19,626 bases of DNA, taken from the NCBI GenBank assembly GCA_963765895.1, contig CAVXZB010000017.1:1-19626 (forward strand), written 5' to 3'. Below, in pieces: positions 18,025 to 19,626 of the stretch. The notes beneath the pieces were generated by a model that saw only the letters and a list, made by a program, of their open reading frames with translations, searched no databases and was not told the origin of the DNA. How positions within the stretch are numbered: position 1 is the first letter of the stretch; the number at the start of each line of letters is the position of its first letter. Source of the stretch: an uncultured Nitrososphaeraceae archaeon (lineage in GTDB: Archaea > Thermoproteota > Nitrososphaeria > Nitrososphaerales > Nitrososphaeraceae). Made by a program: the position numbers and the translations under genes.

Positions 18025-19182
18025 GTCCCTTCTCTGCTACCTGCGCTAGATGCTGCAGCAATCATTTTGGCAAGCGTGCTAGGGGGCATCGGTTATCAGC
18101 TGTGGGCTGGTTATTACTTCCGGATTTGCGGCCCTATTTGGCGGTAGGCTTTTGCACAGCTTTATCCATGTCCTGCGACTGCGGGGAAGAGGATATTTAT
18201 CAGGTTTCCAAGAGCGCCAAGCCGGGCGTGGAATTCGGAGAAGTCCTGCTCTGCTGGTGCACGACCGGGACTAATGTTGGCGTTTTTCGCGTTTCTGCTG
18301 AAGGTTGGAGTAGCCTATTCCAGGGGAGCTGCCGTCACCTTCTATCTTCTGGCGCCTGCCGGCCTTCTCGGGGTCAGAAGTGTCACAAAGAGCCTACTCA
18401 GACAAGCGCTGTTGAGCGGCGCCATCCGCCAACGGGACGTTGTGCTGGTTGGCGATGCGCAGGAACTCGTGCGCTAAGGGATCGGGAAGATGCCCTGTTC
18501 GGGCACAACGGTCCGGTTTGTCCTTGATAAAGAATTACTTACGAATGGCGGCTCGCCTGATCGAGAGGTGATGAAGGCTATCGTTGCCTGGTGTACGTTG
18601 GGCATAACTATCCGCAGATATTGCTGGCTCTGCCCTGGTCCGATGATCGAATTGATTTTGTCCACGAGTTCCGTAAAGGAGCTTCCTGTCGCTGTTGACG
18701 CCCTGATGCCGGACGCTGGGGTTCAGATCGCTGACTAGCCATGTACCCACGCCGAGCGAACAAGACCTCGCGATTGATCTAAAACGTGCTCCATTGTCCA
18801 AAGCCGAGCTTCTCGTGAAGCGCGGCATGGACCTCGCCTGCGCAGGCTTCGGGATTTTGCTGTTGTCGCCCGTCATGATGCTCACGGCTATTGCGATCAA
18901 GCTCGATAGTTCCGGTCCGGCCATTTTCCGGCAATGCCGCAACGGCTTCAAGTGTACGCAATTCGTGATCTACAAGTTTCGGACCATGCGCGTTCAGGAA
19001 AACGGCGACGTCATAACGCAAGCTGGCCCAGAACGATACCCCGGTAGCGCAGATCGGCCGGCTGCTACGTTCGACGAGCGTTGACGAATTGCCGCAGCTT
19101 TTCAACGTCCTGAAGGGAGAAATGTCCTTGATCGGTCCGCGCCCTCATGCTCTCGCGCATAGACAACGAGTTTGAAAAGCTG
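18025..19182 (+). CDS. Undecaprenyl-phosphate glucose phosphotransferase / EPS priming glycosyltransferase (WcaJ-like), partial at both ends, many frameshifts
   Basis: TM region [17 protein letters not shown]...[15 protein letters not shown], then VVLVGD, KRGMDL...[30 protein letters not shown]...IYKFRTM and [33 protein letters not shown]. Lacks the terminal KPGITGWAQ motif. Sample line 18841: 33/60 G+C. Confidence 0.9.
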
Positions 19183-19592
19183 AAGCCATTCCGCGAAAGC
19201 AGAAGTTCGAGGTCGTGGAGGTGGTGGAGCGTGAAGAGCCCGATCGTCGCGTCGAAGCGACCGGCCAGATCATCGGGCGGGTCGGAGACGTCGGCCGCGT
19301 GGAGGCGGGGAACGCGTTCACCCGCTTCGGCAGCGAGCCGCTCGAGCAGCACGGGCGACAGGTCGAGCCCGTCGACGTCGTACCCGCGGTCGGCGAGCAG
19401 CAGCGTGTACCGACCCATCCCGCAGCCCACCTCGACGATGCGGTCGTCGGCGGTCAACGACGCGAACCGGATCAACTCGTCGAGCTGACGCTCGAGGTAC
19501 CGCGACCGCCGCGGCTCCATTGCCTCGGCCTGTCTCGCTCCTGGGAGTCTCGGCGCTGCGCAACGTTGTGCTCGCCGGACATCATGGCTCAA
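19183..19592 (-). CDS. Class I SAM-dependent methyltransferase, 3'-truncated
   Basis: RIVEVGCGMGRY (motif I), VDGLDLSP and FDATIGLFTLHHL. Sample line 19321: 45/60 G+C. The ORF-track tail 19065-19182 is antisense of the WcaJ-like gene. Confidence 0.88.
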
Positions 19593-19626
19593 CTTGACCC
19601 CCCAGCGGCGGCGGCCCGCGTGGGCG

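Noticed and set aside
17904-19563. Overlapping ORFs 17904, 18474, 18535, 18779, 19147 and 19318
   Set aside because: Antisense or off-frame readings of GC-rich WcaJ-like and methyltransferase DNA; 17904 and 19147 also cross artefactual junctions
17345-19626. Horizontally acquired bacterial EPS/methyltransferase island in an archaeon
   Set aside because: An internal adapter-like sequence, genes cut at every junction, stepwise GC changes and the absence of integration signals favour a chimeric read

Overview
This window is most likely one uncorrected Oxford Nanopore read or read-level contig made of four unrelated DNA pieces, not a single locus. (1) 1..~17345 is AT-rich (sample line 17281-17340: 16/60 G+C) with the gene repertoire of a soil ammonia-oxidising archaeon (Nitrososphaeraceae-like; inferred from protein families). 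It holds a complete IS5/IS903-group element with TIRs, a PPOX F420-type oxidoreductase, a secreted protein fused to a dCache domain, a PsbP-like surface protein with a 51-bp repeat, an Lrp/AsnC regulator, a 39-aa C2H2 zinc finger, a class III nucleotide cyclase plus receiver domain, a decayed second IS5, a cyclophilin, an NmrA-type SDR, DUF488 and several gene relics. (2) ~17345..17967 is mid-GC DNA of unknown origin. (3) A degraded ONT adapter-like sequence at 17968-18024 is followed by an alphaproteobacterial-type WcaJ/undecaprenyl-phosphate sugar transferase fragment (18025..19182). (4) 19183..19626 is a ~75% GC class I methyltransferase fragment. Most genes carry 1-bp indels, often in homopolymers, so many apparent pseudogenes are probably sequencing errors. 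I found no well-supported novel multi-gene system. The best biological leads are the anchorless secreted dCache fusion, the cyclase-receiver protein and the unannotated microproteins. All family assignments come from motif recognition by eye, not database searches.
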